A stretch of DNA of 64,000 nucleotides. Origin: Octopus sinensis. Lineage: Eukaryota. The DNA lies in the NCBI RefSeq assembly GCF_006345805.1, contig NC_043014.1:37262001-37326000 (forward strand). Reading direction: 5' to 3'. The translations under genes were made by a program, and so were the position numbers. Below the pieces are notes generated by a model. It was not told the origin of the DNA. It did no database searches and saw nothing but the letters and a program-made list of their open reading frames with translations. Below, in pieces: positions 1 to 12,399 of this stretch; position 1 is the stretch's first letter, and the number at the start of each line of letters is the position of its first letter.

Positions 1-217
1 GCCAACTCCGCCGCCATCGACACACGAAAAATTATGCATTAAAATGGAATAAAAAATGATGTTAAATTATTTTTAAAATCGTAGACTCATCGTAGACGCG
101 CGCTAATACTCAGACGGGCTTGATATGAATCACGACTATAAGATACCCGAATTTGGTTAAACTGCACCGCAAAATGTGGGACAGACACTCACACAACTAC
201 AGTTTTATATATATAGA
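1..217 (-). mobile_element. 5' end of a non-autonomous Helitron/HINE-like element running off the left edge
   Basis: Minus strand reads a|TCTATATATATAAAACTGTAGTTGTGTGAGTGTCTGTC: TC start after A, the same terminus type as the Rep-encoding Helitron at 6522. Confidence 0.45.
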
Positions 218-500
<283 letters not shown>

Positions 501-1019
501 TAGAAAAAAAACACCTTTTATCAATTCGATAACGAAAAAATTAAATTATACCATTTAGAAAAATTACATCTTAAGGAAAGATAAAACATATACCAAATAT
601 ATAAATATAAGATAAAACATATACTAATGATTAAGTAATGTGCAAAATAATAAATAAAACGTATATATTTGGTTACACGTTTTTCGTGGCTATACTTAAG
701 AAATGTTAATAGTAAAATCATTTCAATATAAATATAGTCACTCATCAGGTTAAAGATAAAAACAATAAAATAATTAATTAGATAAATTAATAAATATAGG
801 TATATAATCTTGTAAAATACGAAATATCTTAAAAATATATTCTTGTGTTAAATAAAAAAAAAATAGAATAAAAGGTATATAATATTTATTATATCTAGAA
901 AAATAAAATTTTAACATATATAAGAAAAGAAATAGCTATAATATATCGTATATTAGGAAATAAAATACAATTAATTAAAATATTTAAAACAAATAAATAA
1001 ATACACACACACACACATA

Positions 1020-1115
<96 letters not shown>

Positions 1116-1249
1116 TTGATTTTGATTTTGATTTTTCCAGTTTCAGCTAATGAGCTGTGGCCATGCTGGGGCACCGCCATTTGGTTGCTACACGATTTTA
1201 CCTCACGGATGCTTTTTAGCAAACGCCATCTGATGCATGAGAGAGTTCG

Positions 1250-4150
1250 ATGCAGCTGCCCTCATCTGCACCTCCTGCCATGAAGTGGTTCATCCGGGAC
1301 ACCTGACAGGAAGAGGTCCAGTCCTACTTTAAGACATCCGCATCTACACCATGCAGGTCCCTCAGGTTCTTTGGGAGGATATTGAAGAGCTGTGGGCCTC
1401 TGAAGCCCAGGCTATCACAATATCTTGTCCTACATCTTGATGGCAATTTGGAGTCCTTGGTACTACACAGTGGCGCCCCGTTCTGGCATTTGTGTGACTC
1501 TCGATGCCAAAGTTTGGAACAAGTCCTTCCAGGATCTTCCAGATATATATTATGGCATATCTTTCTCGCCTACGCTCCAAGGAATAGAGCTTTAATCTCT
1601 TGAGTCTTTCCCAGTAGCTCATATGCTGCACAGAGGCTATCTTCGTGTAGCTTCGTTGGATCGCCTCAAGTTCTGTGATCATCTTGACACTGGATGGTGA
1701 CCATAGCTGAGAGCAATAGTCAAAGTGGCTTAGAACAAGTGTCTTCCAGAGGACCATCATGGTTTCTTGTTCTCTTGTTCTAAAGGTTCTAAGAATCCAG
1801 CCAGCCAGCCGTCTACATTTCATTGCCAGTTTAGCAACATGTACATGAAAGGTCGCGTCATCACTCATGTGAATACCCAGGTCACGCACTGATTGTGCCT
1901 CTGGGATTGCAATCCCTCCAGGTCCAGTGTATTCATTGGTATTGCATTCAGTTTTGCATGCTGATGTATAAAGCTTGAAACTTTTCAGCATCGGACTGCA
2001 TGCATTCTTTTCAGCCCACTTGTATATTTCGTCCAGCTCACATTGCAGGTGCTTAGTGTCTTCAGGGTTCTGTATTGCCTGTGAGACTTTTGTATCATCT
2101 GCATAACTTGTGATCGTGGCTCTCCGCGTGGCTGAGGGCATGTCTGAGAGGGCCATTATGAACAGTAGTGGTCCCAAAACAGTGCCCTGCGGAACACCGC
2201 TCACTATTTGCGTGTTAATGGAAGTTGGCTGCTACCACCTGACTTCAGAAAGTCATGAAGCCATTCTCCCAATTTTCCAACTATGTTGAGATCACGCAGT
2301 TTGTGACATATCATTCCATGATCGACTTTATCAATGGCCTTTGCAAAGTCGAGATATATCACTTCCACATTTGAGTGGTTGAGCAGTTGTTTCAGCACCC
2401 AGTCATAGTGTTGTAGGAGCTGAGTTAAACAGCTTCTTCCTGGTCGGAAACCATGTTGGGTGTCAGGCAGCAAGTCATTTTCTTCAAGGAAGGTGATTAG
2501 TTTCCTTCTGACTATTCGTTCCATGACCTTGCTGATGTGTGAGGTTAGGGAGATAGGTCTGTAGTTCTTGGCCTCCGCTCGGCTACCTCCTTTATGAATA
2601 GAGCATATTTTACCTTCCTTCAGTTTACTTGGAAGTTTGCCAGCTGCAAGGAAGCTCTGAAAGAGAGACCACAGTGGCCTCGCTAGGACCCTCCTACATA
2701 CTTTTAGAAGGATTGCTGGGAATCCATCGGGGCCAGTAGCTGAGTTTGTTTCCATCTCATCTATAGCCTTTATCACATCGTCTTCCTTTATATTGATGTA
2801 ATCAATCATCGCCGCCTTTGACCCCTATCTGCAGTGGTGAAGAAGTCAGTTGGATTGCTGATTTGGGAAATGCCCAAGGGGTGGGGTGAAAACACTCTTG
2901 AATTGCTCATTTAGTATTTCACTTACCTCATTGGATTTCCTGTGAGTGTGCCATCCATTTCAAGAGTGGCCCTATCCTACAGTGCACCGTAGCTGTTTCT
3001 TTGGCATAACCTGTAGAAAGCTCTGGGGTTAGATTTTATGTTGTCTATAGCCCAGGCTTCTTTGTCTGCTCTTTCCTTTCATGGAGAGTTGCAGACAGTT
3101 TTCAATTTCCAACAGTTTCATTTTCAGGCGGGACTTTTCACTTGCTTTCAATTTGTTTGTTTAGGCGATTTGAGATTTTGTGCGCCGTCTCATTAGAATT
3201 TTCCTCTCTTGGGGATATTTTTCTTGTGTATAGTGGCCTTTCTCTCTGGGAACATTTGTAGCATATGGCTTGCATTACAGACATGAATTGTTGAAGTTTC
3301 ATGTCGATGTCCGGCGAGGAGAGACATTCAGGCCAGTTTTGTTTGAGGATCTCTTTCTCAATTTGTTTCCAGTTTGCCTTATGGAAGTTCAAGTTGGAAA
3401 GATTCTGAGAGTTTTTTGTAGGCTGCATGTCCATTGTTTCCTTTGGCCCGTACATGGTCAGCTCTACCATGTTGTGATCCGAGAGTAGTGTCGGCGTCAC
3501 TTTCACATTATGGATGAGATCCATATTATTTGTGAAGCAGAGATCCAGTGTGTTACCTGCCCTGGTTGGATGGAGTATTACTTGCTCCATGTACAGGGTG
3601 TTGGTGAGGTTCAGGAGGGACCTCGCCTGTCCCCGTTCACATCGTGTCATTCCTGGGAGAGAAAGGCCCTCGGCCATCTGACATGGGCAGGTTGAAGTCT
3701 CCCATGAGAAGTACACTTATGTGCTGTTCTAGTGTGACTAGAACTTCTTGTATTTTTATAAGGCAGTCTTCAAACTTGCCCACATGGCTCGGTTGCATCT
3801 GGAGGGCGATATGTAGCACACACAACTACACCAAGTTGCCTTATATGTACAATAGGTGTGTCCACACCGAGTTTGAGTATGACAAGAGGACCTGGGGTGT
3901 GAGGGTCCTCACGGATGTACATAGCAACTCCTCCATGACTCCTTTCTTTTCTGTCGGTCCGTAGTACAAATACTGTGGTATGTGTAACTCCGCATCTGCT
4001 ATGTCCGGTTTCAGGTGCGTTTCCGTAAGTGCTATGCATAAGGCTTGATTGCATGCAACAAAGTCTCTCAAGAACGGGATTTTTGTCCTGTTACTGTGTG
4101 TCAGTAGGAGCATCGAGGTGAGGTGTATGCTGTTGCCGTTGGTGTCCACC
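1250..4150 (-). pseudogene. LINE ORF2 endonuclease/reverse transcriptase, frameshifted
   Basis: Motifs split over ORFs 3841-4257, 3770-4054, 3637-3825, 3138-3716, 2204-2809 and 1362-2204; outer boundaries approximate. Confidence 0.9.
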
Positions 4151-5027
4151 TTGGGTCTATTTGCTGTGGTGGTCTTGTGAACTGTGGGTAGTCCCATCTG
4201 CGAGCTTGAGTTTGATGAAGCCAGGTTAGCTGCTGTACAATCTTTTGTGCCATGCACAAAAAAGATTCTTGTTCAGCAGCTGCCCTTTCAATGACTTGTT
4301 GGCGGTTTGTAGCATGCACCACATCTGCGTACCTCCGTTTTGGGGCAGGTGGTGCGTGGTCCATTCCTTTTCCTTTTGGTAGTTGGTTTCTGCCCTGTTT
4401 CATGTTTATGTGGCTGGGTCTTTGGTATGCAAAACGGCAGTCTGCACCTTCCTCTCCATGCCAGCAGACACCTTTCAGGTAGAATCTACACACCCATGTG
4501 CGCTGTCTCTTTCTATCCTTTTTGGTACATGGATAGTCAGGTTTGCTTCTATCCTTGGCTGTTTCATCCTTTGGTTTTGTTTGAGTTTTAGTTTTTCTTT
4601 CTTTGGCTGTTTCATCTTTTGTTTTTCTTTTAGTTTTTCCTCCTTTTACTTCTTCTTTGGCTCTTTCATCTCCATGGTTTTGGCTTTTGGTGTTGGTAGG
4701 GGCACTTGCACTTGGGTTTACTTCCCAGGCAGGTTTCTCACTTGAATCTTCTTTGTTGTTGTCCTGGGTGTCTACCAAGTGGAGGTGATATCTTTCATCA
4801 GCACCCGTGCATCCATCCTTGCCATCTTTACTTTGTTCGTTGTCAAAGATGGCATCAAGCGTGCCGATGTGAGATCTTATGAGTGCATAGGAGCGTATAA
4901 ACTCCTGCTTCTTTCGCTCTATCTGCGCTCTCGTCCTTGTATATCCGCTGCTCTTCAGCGCAGCTGTAATTATGTTGTTCGGATTATCTCCATCGGCGTA
5001 TTGCCAAGCTCTCAGAAACAACGCCAA
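4101..5027 (-). CDS. LINE ORF1 with Lys-rich linker and degenerate CCCH zinc finger
   Basis: 308-codon open frame directly 5' of ORF2; contains CRFYLKGVCWHGEEGADCRFAY (C-x7-C-x8-C-x3-[H>Y]). Confidence 0.7.
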   Translation of the reverse strand: MALFLRAWQYADGDNPNNIITAALKSSGYTRTRAQIERKKQEFIRSYALIRSHIGTLDAIFDNEQSKDGKDGCTGADERYHLHLVDTQDNNKEDSSEKPAWEVNPSASAPTNTKSQNHGDERAKEEVKGGKTKRKTKDETAKERKTKTQTKPKDETAKDRSKPDYPCTKKDRKRQRTWVCRFYLKGVCWHGEEGADCRFAYQRPSHINMKQGRNQLPKGKGMDHAPPAPKRRYADVVHATNRQQVIERAAAEQESFLCMAQKIVQQLTWLHQTQARRWDYPQFTRPPQQIDPRWTPTATAYTSPRCSY

Positions 5028-5099
5028 TTCGTTACTCCTCCAGGTTCTGGATATTTTTAGATATTTTATTTATTTATCTATCTAATTATATTTAAAATT

Positions 5100-5600
5100 T
5101 AATAGTGCGATAGAGGGTAGAGAAGAAATAGAGAAAGAAAGTGTCTATGTATTTAGAGAGATTGAGAGCTGAGAGAATATAAGAAGAGAGTAGGAGAGAA
5201 TGAGAGGAGAAAGTTCGCGTCTATATATTTAGAAAAATTGAGAGGCTGAGAGAGGAAAGATGGTGTGAGAGAGAGAAGTGGAGAAGTGAAGAGACAAGGA
5301 AAGAGGCGTGAGGGAGAGAAGTGAAAAGACAGAGAGAGAAAGAAATGAAAGAGAGGAGGTTATGCAAAAGATTGAGCGGCTGAGAGAGAGTCTATATATT
5401 TAGGAAGATTGAGAGGCTGAGAGAAGAAAGATGGTGTGATAGAAAAAGAGATGAAAGAGAGGAAGTCATGCAAAAGATTGAGCGGCTGAGAGAAGAAAGA
5501 TGGTGTGATAGAGAGAAGTGAAGAGACAGAGAGAGAAAGAAAAGAAAGAGAGGAGGTTACGAAGCTGAAACAGATTTGAAAGATTATTAACAGAATGTAA
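5100..5600 (+). repeat. GA-rich degenerate tandem repeat
   Basis: Recurrent gaaaagattgagcggctgagagaagaaagatggtgtgatagagagaag blocks. Confidence 0.75.
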
Positions 5601-5739
5601 ATTATAAAATATACCTGTCCGTAGCTACAAACATTTTCTTAAAACTAAACTAATTGCGACTATACTTCTAATGTATTTTTAGGGAGATTGAGGGACTGAG
5701 GTAAATAGTAAAATATATATATAATATATATATATATAG

Positions 5740-5771
<32 letters not shown>

Positions 5772-5775
5772 ATAT

Positions 5776-5820
<45 letters not shown>

Positions 5821-5955
5821 AATTGATAAAATATATATTTTATCAATTTCTCATTCCATTAAAATTTTCTTTCAATTTAGCATTCTGCATTTTTACAATT
5901 TTTCCTTGTATCATTTCTCCACGTGCGGTCAGCACGACCCCACCATTTATTGATC

Positions 5956-5987
<32 letters not shown>

Positions 5988-6521
5988 ATATATATATAAA
6001 TAAGGCAACAAATAAATATAGCCTATCTAAAATTGAATAATTTAAAGAGATGTAACGGAACTGAAACAGAAATTGAATGTAACAGAATGTAAACAGAGAA
6101 TAGGTCCTTATATTGAATTACGGGAAAATAAACAAATGAAAAGGGGTACTTATCTTATAAGGGGTAGAAGTCCCCAAATCTTCTCTCTATATGAAGAGGT
6201 TTCTTTCAAAAAAGAAAGAAAAACGGTTCTTTTTGCTTGTTAAAGTCGATTGGGAATAAACTTAAGAGATGTCACCACGTGCTTTTTTTTTTTACCGGAA
6301 ATCTGGTATGCGTAATTAACTTTAGTATATTATATTTGGCTTGAAGCGAAATATATTACGGTTTTTAACTAATATATCCTAGTAGACCGCTATGAGATAG
6401 CAAGTTTTACGTTTTTTATCAGTTTTCGACGATTATTTCGTCGATTTATGCAAACCTTTTCGTTTTTTTATCACAGAGCAAAGCAACACGTCTTTACTCT
6501 ACGAAAGCCGGAAGTAGTATA

Positions 6522-9500
6522 TCTCTCTCTATATAAAAGGCAGTTTGTCTGTCTGTGTGTCTGTCAGTTGTACCCTCACCTTGACCACGGCTTTCAACCG
6601 ATTCTGATGAAACTTGACACACACATAGCCCAATGTCATAATTCAAAACTGACGCAGCGAAAATTTTGAAAAGTTCCCCCAGTTCTGAAAGAAATCGATA
6701 AATTCGACATGGGGTCGAGAATCTAAGCTTTTCATATGCTACACATTTTCTGTTATAGTTTTCGCAACTTGCAATCGATTTTCACCAACCTCATGGTGAA
6801 GCTTAATGTTACCCTAAGAAACTTAATTCTGACGTTAGTTTTCCATGCAATACCTTACCATCAGAAAAAATCGATAAAATCATGCAATTTTGGGAAATCT
6901 CGTTCAAATTCAAGATGACATATTTTTGACAATATCTTTAAGAAATTGGCAGGAATTTTTTTTTTAAATTCACAGCGAGCATCATGTCTGCTCCAAGGAG
7001 CTATATGCCCCTTTTTATTCCAATAGGAAACTTTATTACTGGAAAAAATCGGTTAATTAAATCATATGTGGCACACATAGCAAACCGATTTGTGTATTAA
7101 ACACAAACCACAGACTGTCTAGGGGACGCAACTCGACCTTCTTTAACTCTTACTCCCCCAAATAACTATCAAACAGCTATCGATAATTCAACCCAACCAA
7201 TTCCTACCAGGAAGAAATTGCATTCGAGACTTTACCACAAACACTGCCACTTCAAGCAGTCAACGAGACAAAACATAACCAGACAACATAGCCTTGGCAT
7301 ACTTCCGCTAATCGCTGCTGCAGCCGCAAGTTATTTGAGTACATTTTTTGTTTAAACTTTCTTTATAACTACCACCCCAAACGTTTTTCCTTAAATTTTT
7401 GACGTACCCTAAGGGTCCTCGGATGCTACTTGCAAACTCTTGGTTTATTATAAGCCGCTTTTGTCGTGTGCACCAAAAAACCTTTTCCATTCGTTTGTTC
7501 AGTTTGGTCACTTTTCGCTTTGTCGTAGTTGTCACTCACATTGCTGCCCGCTTTTTGCCATTTTTGTACATTTTTATACATTTTGGGATACTTACTCCAC
7601 ATGTTCCTTTTTATTACACCATTGCCAAACACATTGCTATCCACCAAAATGCCACCCAAGAAGAGAAGGACCCTCCTCAGCCCTCGGACGGCCAAGGCAT
7701 CGGCTGCTAGGGCTAGAAGGGCACGCAAGACCCACGAGGAAACCGCCTTGCGCCTCTTACAAAAAGCTTCCCATTCTGCCGCTGCTCAGGCATCTGAAAC
7801 TACTAGCGACCGTTCTACCCGACTTGCAAGGGCCACAACATACAGATCTTCCCTCCGCTCGAGGTTGACGAAAGAGCAACAGTCCAGCCAAAACATGCAG
7901 GCTTCTTCCTGTGCTTCCATCCACAGAGCTCGCGAGAACCCTGAACAAAGGGCCATTTGGAATGCGGCTAACGCCGCTAGCACCGCCAGTACACGATCTG
8001 TCGAAATCTCACAGCAGAGGAGAACTCGCCAAGTTGCTGACGCCGCAAACACAGCCACGGCTCGATCTGCCGAAACACCTCAACAGAGGAGAGCTCGCCA
8101 AGCTGCTAACGCCGGAAACACAGCCATGGCTCGATCTGCCAAAACTCCAGACCACAAACTATTCGGACATCCAGAGATGCCATTAACACTGCTTCTGCTA
8201 GGGCTTCAGAGGGTGCTAAGGCGAGAGCTGAAAGGCATTCAAGGGATGCCACTGCTACCGCTGTCGCACGCGCATCTCAATCTGCTGAGGCACGGCGCAC
8301 TCGACTTGAGAGTATCAACCAATGTCGGGATATCATTTGTGGTGTACGTACCCCTGCCCCCGCTTTCTGGTCGTCACTAGTATTCAACTACGACGCCACA
8401 ATTAACTTCTCCTTGCGTGACGACATCAAGATAGGGTCAATGACAATTGTATGCCAGTTTTGCAAAGCCAAGAAATGGCCCAGAGAGCCACCTGGTTTGT
8501 GCTGCTCTGGTGGCAAAGTGTCATTGATGCTGATAAACGACCCCGCGGGGAGCACGAACGCCATTTCAATGCACCTGTGTGCAACGAAATTACCGCAGTC
8601 ATACACGGAGAGCAACACAACAGCCGTGACATAATCATCTCCTCCCGTGGTAACAGCCTGCGCAGGATCAGCAAGACTCACAGATCTTATGACGCGCTTC
8701 AGTATCCATTGCTTTTCCCTTATGGGGAAGACGGCTACCACTTCGGAATTCCTTTACGGCAGCCCTCCAATCAAACTACTGCGGCATCAAAGACGGTTTC
8801 CTGTAGGGCGTTCTACTCATACCGGTTCATGTTCAGGGAGGGTGAGTTCAACTTATTGCCCCGTTGTCGTCAGCTATTCAACCAGTTCGCCGTCGACATG
8901 GTCACCAAAATGGAATCGGAAAGGCTGCTATACATTAAACTTAGTCAGACCAAACTTCGCTCCGACTCCTACATTCATCTCCGTGACGGCTTGCAACAAG
9001 AAAATGACCCTCGCAACATCGGCAAGCCATGCATTCTACCCTCCACCTTCACGGGGAGACCGCGATATATGCGTGAAAGGATCCAAGACGCCTTGACCTA
9101 CATGCGCATTTATGACCGGTCGGACCTCTTTATCACCTACACGTGCAATCCCAACTGCGACAAAATCACTCGCAAACTCCTCCCGGGTCAGTCTCACACC
9201 CATCGACACGACATCGTTGCTAGAGTTTTCCATCTGAATTTGGGCAAAATGATGGATTTGATAGTTAAGGGTCAGATTTTCCGGCATGTCAGGTGCCACA
9301 TGCTTTCGGTCGAGTGGCAAAAGAGGGGTTTGCCACATGCTCACATCTTAATTTGGCTAACTAATAAAATAGATACTAATGACATGGACAAATTCATTTC
9401 CACCGAGATTCCTGACCCCGATGAGGACCCCGAACTGTACGAAATTGTCCGCACTACCATGGTACACGGGCCCTGTGGACCAAATTACGCCAACACACCA

Positions 9501-9683
9501 TGCTGCGAAAACAGATTAGCCTGCTCAAAGGGATTCCCTAAATGGTTCACTTTGGAGACTCAAACAGGTGGCGATGGGTATCCGCTGTACAAACGAAGGA
9601 GTCCAGCCAATGGAGGCCGCACGATTACGGTTGGGCGACATCAAGTGGACAACAGCTACATCGTCCCCTACTGTGTTAAGTGA
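6522..9683 (+). mobile_element. Helitron, 3'-truncated (Rep present, helicase absent)
   Basis: a|TCTCTCTCTATATAAAAGGCAG 5' terminus at 6522; Rep-coding frames at 7649-9683; sequence switches to a Penelope-like fragment at ~9684. Confidence 0.88.
7649..9683 (+). pseudogene. Helitron RepHel N-terminal half (Ala/Arg-rich repeats, Cys-rich CQFC..CCSGGKV motif, HUH Rep domain), frameshifted and internally deleted
   Basis: YDALQYPLLFPYGEDGY, LPSTFTG..RYM, DLFITYTCNP, DIVARVF, VEWQKRGLPHAHIL (HUH motif), MVHGPCG, YPLYKRR, VDNSYIVPY. Confidence 0.92.
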
Positions 9684-10590
9684 CAGTAAAATTCCCCAAA
9701 ACAGAAAAATAGCTTTTAGCCAACACATAGATACTTGCGCCAACAACAAAACACCAGGCTTCAGGATTTTCCCCCTCTACCAATTTAGGGACGATACAAC
9801 CTCGAGACAACGAATAAGTAAAGAAACTCTCTTTATTACAAAATACAGGCCACTTCTTAACGGGTCTACGACAAACGATTAATATACCTCAACTTTAGAA
9901 TAACAGAAATATACACACACAAATATTACATTCCAAAGAATCCATTACAAATCAGCCCCAATCACAGCTATAATCCATAACGTGCCAACTTCAAGTCATA
10001 CAACACCTCACTACTTTCACTCATTCATATTCTCCCTTCTCTTTTTTCTTCTTCTCTCTCTTCTTCTTCATCATCATCATCATCGTCATCACCATCATCT
10101 TCTTCTTCTTCTTCCTCATCATCATCATCATCAACATCGTCATCTTCTTCTTCTTCTGCTCCACCTTCTACCTCTTAACTTTATCACTAATGCTTTTTAG
10201 TATAACACATACGCAAATTCCATAAACAAACCTTTCAATAGAAATATTCTCCTGAATTGAACTGCAACTGCTAGCCGCCACTGACCATTCAAAATACGAC
10301 CATCAAGGCACTCCCAAATTTTTCCACCCCCTCTCCTCATCAACCTTTTTCTTCTTCTACCCTACCAAGAATTCACAACGGCCTCGAACACACAAGTGCA
10401 AACAAGGGAGACAGAGAAAGGCAGAATGCCACTTATATTTGAACACTATACAAATATTCCTTTAAAAAACTTTTCTTTTAATTTTTCTATATTTAATTAT
10501 TAATCGTTACAGTTGAAAAGGTCTCAAAATGACCGAAACCGGTACTGAAATGTTCTTTATAAAATTATTTTAGCATTTTCTATTTTGACT
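9684..10590 (+). mobile_element. Penelope-like element 3' fragment (GIY-YIG C-terminus + 3' UTR/pLTR with hammerhead)
   Basis: Frame ending FSQHIDTCANNKTPGFRIFPLYQF..RISKETLFITKYRPLLN resembles PLE endonuclease ends; low-complexity UTR; hammerhead at 10510; ends in (TA)n. Confidence 0.72.
10510..10547 (+). ncRNA. Minimal type I hammerhead ribozyme, U3-A8 core variant
   Basis: CAG-UUGAAAA-GGUC(ucaaaau)GACC-GAAA-CCGG-UA-CUG: stem I CAG/CUG, 4-bp stem II, palindromic stem III, GUA site. Confidence 0.62.
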
Positions 10591-10595
10591 TGTTT

Positions 10596-10643
<48 letters not shown>

Positions 10644-11254
10644 AGTGTATTAGAAATAAACTCCCTATTTCTAGGTCAGTTAAATACAAACCTTGACTCT
10701 GCTACACTCTATATAAATTCAGTACTGGGAATGACCAAGTTAAGAGAATCTTACATTGCTTATAAACTCTATATTTGGATGGTCTCAAATTTAAACTCAG
10801 CTGGACTTTTGGATTTTACTCAAAGGATATTGGAATATTGCATATATACCATTATGCATATAAAACAGATTTACAAATTTAATACCAATACATATCCTAC
10901 ATCTATATTCTTTCCTCCACCTTACTCTCTACTTGTATCACATCGAAACTATGACTTAATTTTTCCTCTCATACCGTCTCCAATGAAGTGATATTATTAA
11001 TTAATATCCTAGAAACAGCTGTAAGACTTTGTATCTATAAATGCTCTAATATCTATACAGCCTTGGTTTTTTGCATATTACGCAAAAAAATTCTTATATA
11101 CACACGCTGACATTGAACCAACATTGAACCCTTTATTTGCAAAATTACCAAATCTAGAACTTAACTCTGGTCTGTCTATAGCACTTATTCAGCATTACCT
11201 GACACTTCTGGGTCTCAATGACACCATTATCTCTTATATATATATATATCTTGC

Positions 11255-11384
11255 TTCTCTCCTTTCTGTAGAAGAGCGTAGGCTCGAAACGTAAAATACT
11301 TTTCATATTCTTGAGCATTAAACTAATACATCTGTTTGTTTTGTACACCACCTGTCTTCGTAAACTCTCCCTATATATATATAC

Positions 11385-11431
<47 letters not shown>

Positions 11432-11510
11432 CTTTTCATACTCTTGAGCATTATACTAATACATCTGTTTGTTTTGTACACCACCTGTCTTCGTAAAGTC
11501 TCCCTATATG
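11255..11510 (+). mobile_element. Short PLE-type terminal-repeat fragment with degenerate hammerhead-like motif (11263-11297), partly duplicated
   Basis: ctgtagaa-GAGC(gtag)GCTC-GAAAC-GTA; 3' part repeated at 11430-11505; flanked by (TA)n. Confidence 0.4.
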
Positions 11511-11552
<42 letters not shown>

Positions 11553-11554
11553 TA

Positions 11555-11585
<31 letters not shown>

Positions 11586-11607
11586 GTGTGTATGTATATA
11601 TATATAT

Positions 11608-11900
11608 CATGTGATCACATGAACGACCAGACCATCAGATGTTGCTACACATCGCTGGTCACAATGCGTTCGCATTCTTTTAGCCTTCGAATGATGCCAC
11701 CCCAGTGGCTAAGTGAGCAGGCCAACAGAAGAAAGAAAGAGTGAGGAGAAAGAGTGGTGAAAGAGTACAGCAGGGATCACCCCCCCCCCTGCCGGAATAT
11801 CGTCGAGCTTTTTAGGGTTTTCGCTCAATAAACACTCAAAACGCCCGGTCAAATCGAAACCGCGAGTCCGCTGCCCTAACCACTGGGCCATTGCGCCTCC
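11608..11900 (-). mobile_element. tRNA-derived SINE
   Basis: Minus strand GGAGGCGCAATGGCCCAGTGGTTAGGGCAGCGGACTCGCGGTTTCGATT (A-box, B-box-like); second copy at 50.6 kb. Confidence 0.85.
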
Positions 11901-11936
11901 AAATATATATATGTATATATATTATATATATGTATA

Positions 11937-11971
<35 letters not shown>

Positions 11972-12027
11972 GACATACACGCATACATACACACATGCAT
12001 TCATATAAGTGTGTAGATATGTATGTA

Positions 12028-12073
<46 letters not shown>

Positions 12074-12099
12074 TTATAGGACAATCACTTAGTTGTCAT

Positions 12100-12160
12100 A
12101 ATAAAACTCATATTTTCGGATGCTTAGGCTGAAGCTTGCTCTGGCATCTCATCAGTTATT
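12100..12160 (-). ncRNA. Type I hammerhead ribozyme candidate (degenerate)
   Basis: AAUAA-CUGAUGA-GAUGC(20 nt)GCAUC-c-GAAA-a-uauga-GUU-UUAUU; the paralog at 36121 has GAAAC. Confidence 0.55.
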
Positions 12161-12399
12161 TAGACAAAAATGCTATGAAAAATACCATGGAATAAAGGGA
12201 GGTTACTCCAATAGCTGTGAGAAAGAAAAACTTCATTCATAGAATCTGCATATGTTACATGTATACATACACTACCACACACACGTGTATGTGTATGTAT
12301 ATGTATATATATATGTATATCTATAATATATATATTATAATAGAAATATTTAAAATTACTAAGTCTCTCTAAAAGAGATCACGGCAGCGTTCCTGGAAA

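Larger units (their letters stand above)
1112..5060 (-). mobile_element. Near full-length decayed CR1/L2-group LINE (ORF1 + APE-RT ORF2 + 3' tail ending in (ATCAAA)n)
   Basis: ORF2 fragments carry APE motifs (LTETHL, YRPP, MGDFNLP, TLDL, SDH) and RT motifs (GPDG, NYRPISLTS, QHGFRPGRSC, YLDFAKAIDKV, GVPQGTVLGPLLF, YADDTK, DLGI); upstream ORF1; short-repeat tail at 1112-1135. Confidence 0.92.

Noticed and set aside
7529-8380. 283-aa ORF as a host gene
   Set aside because: It is the frameshifted N-terminus of the Helitron RepHel.
11850-11900. tRNA genes at the SINE heads (also 35709, 38975, 47450, 50750, 59900)
   Set aside because: No complete cloverleaf; the heads run into SINE bodies and tails.
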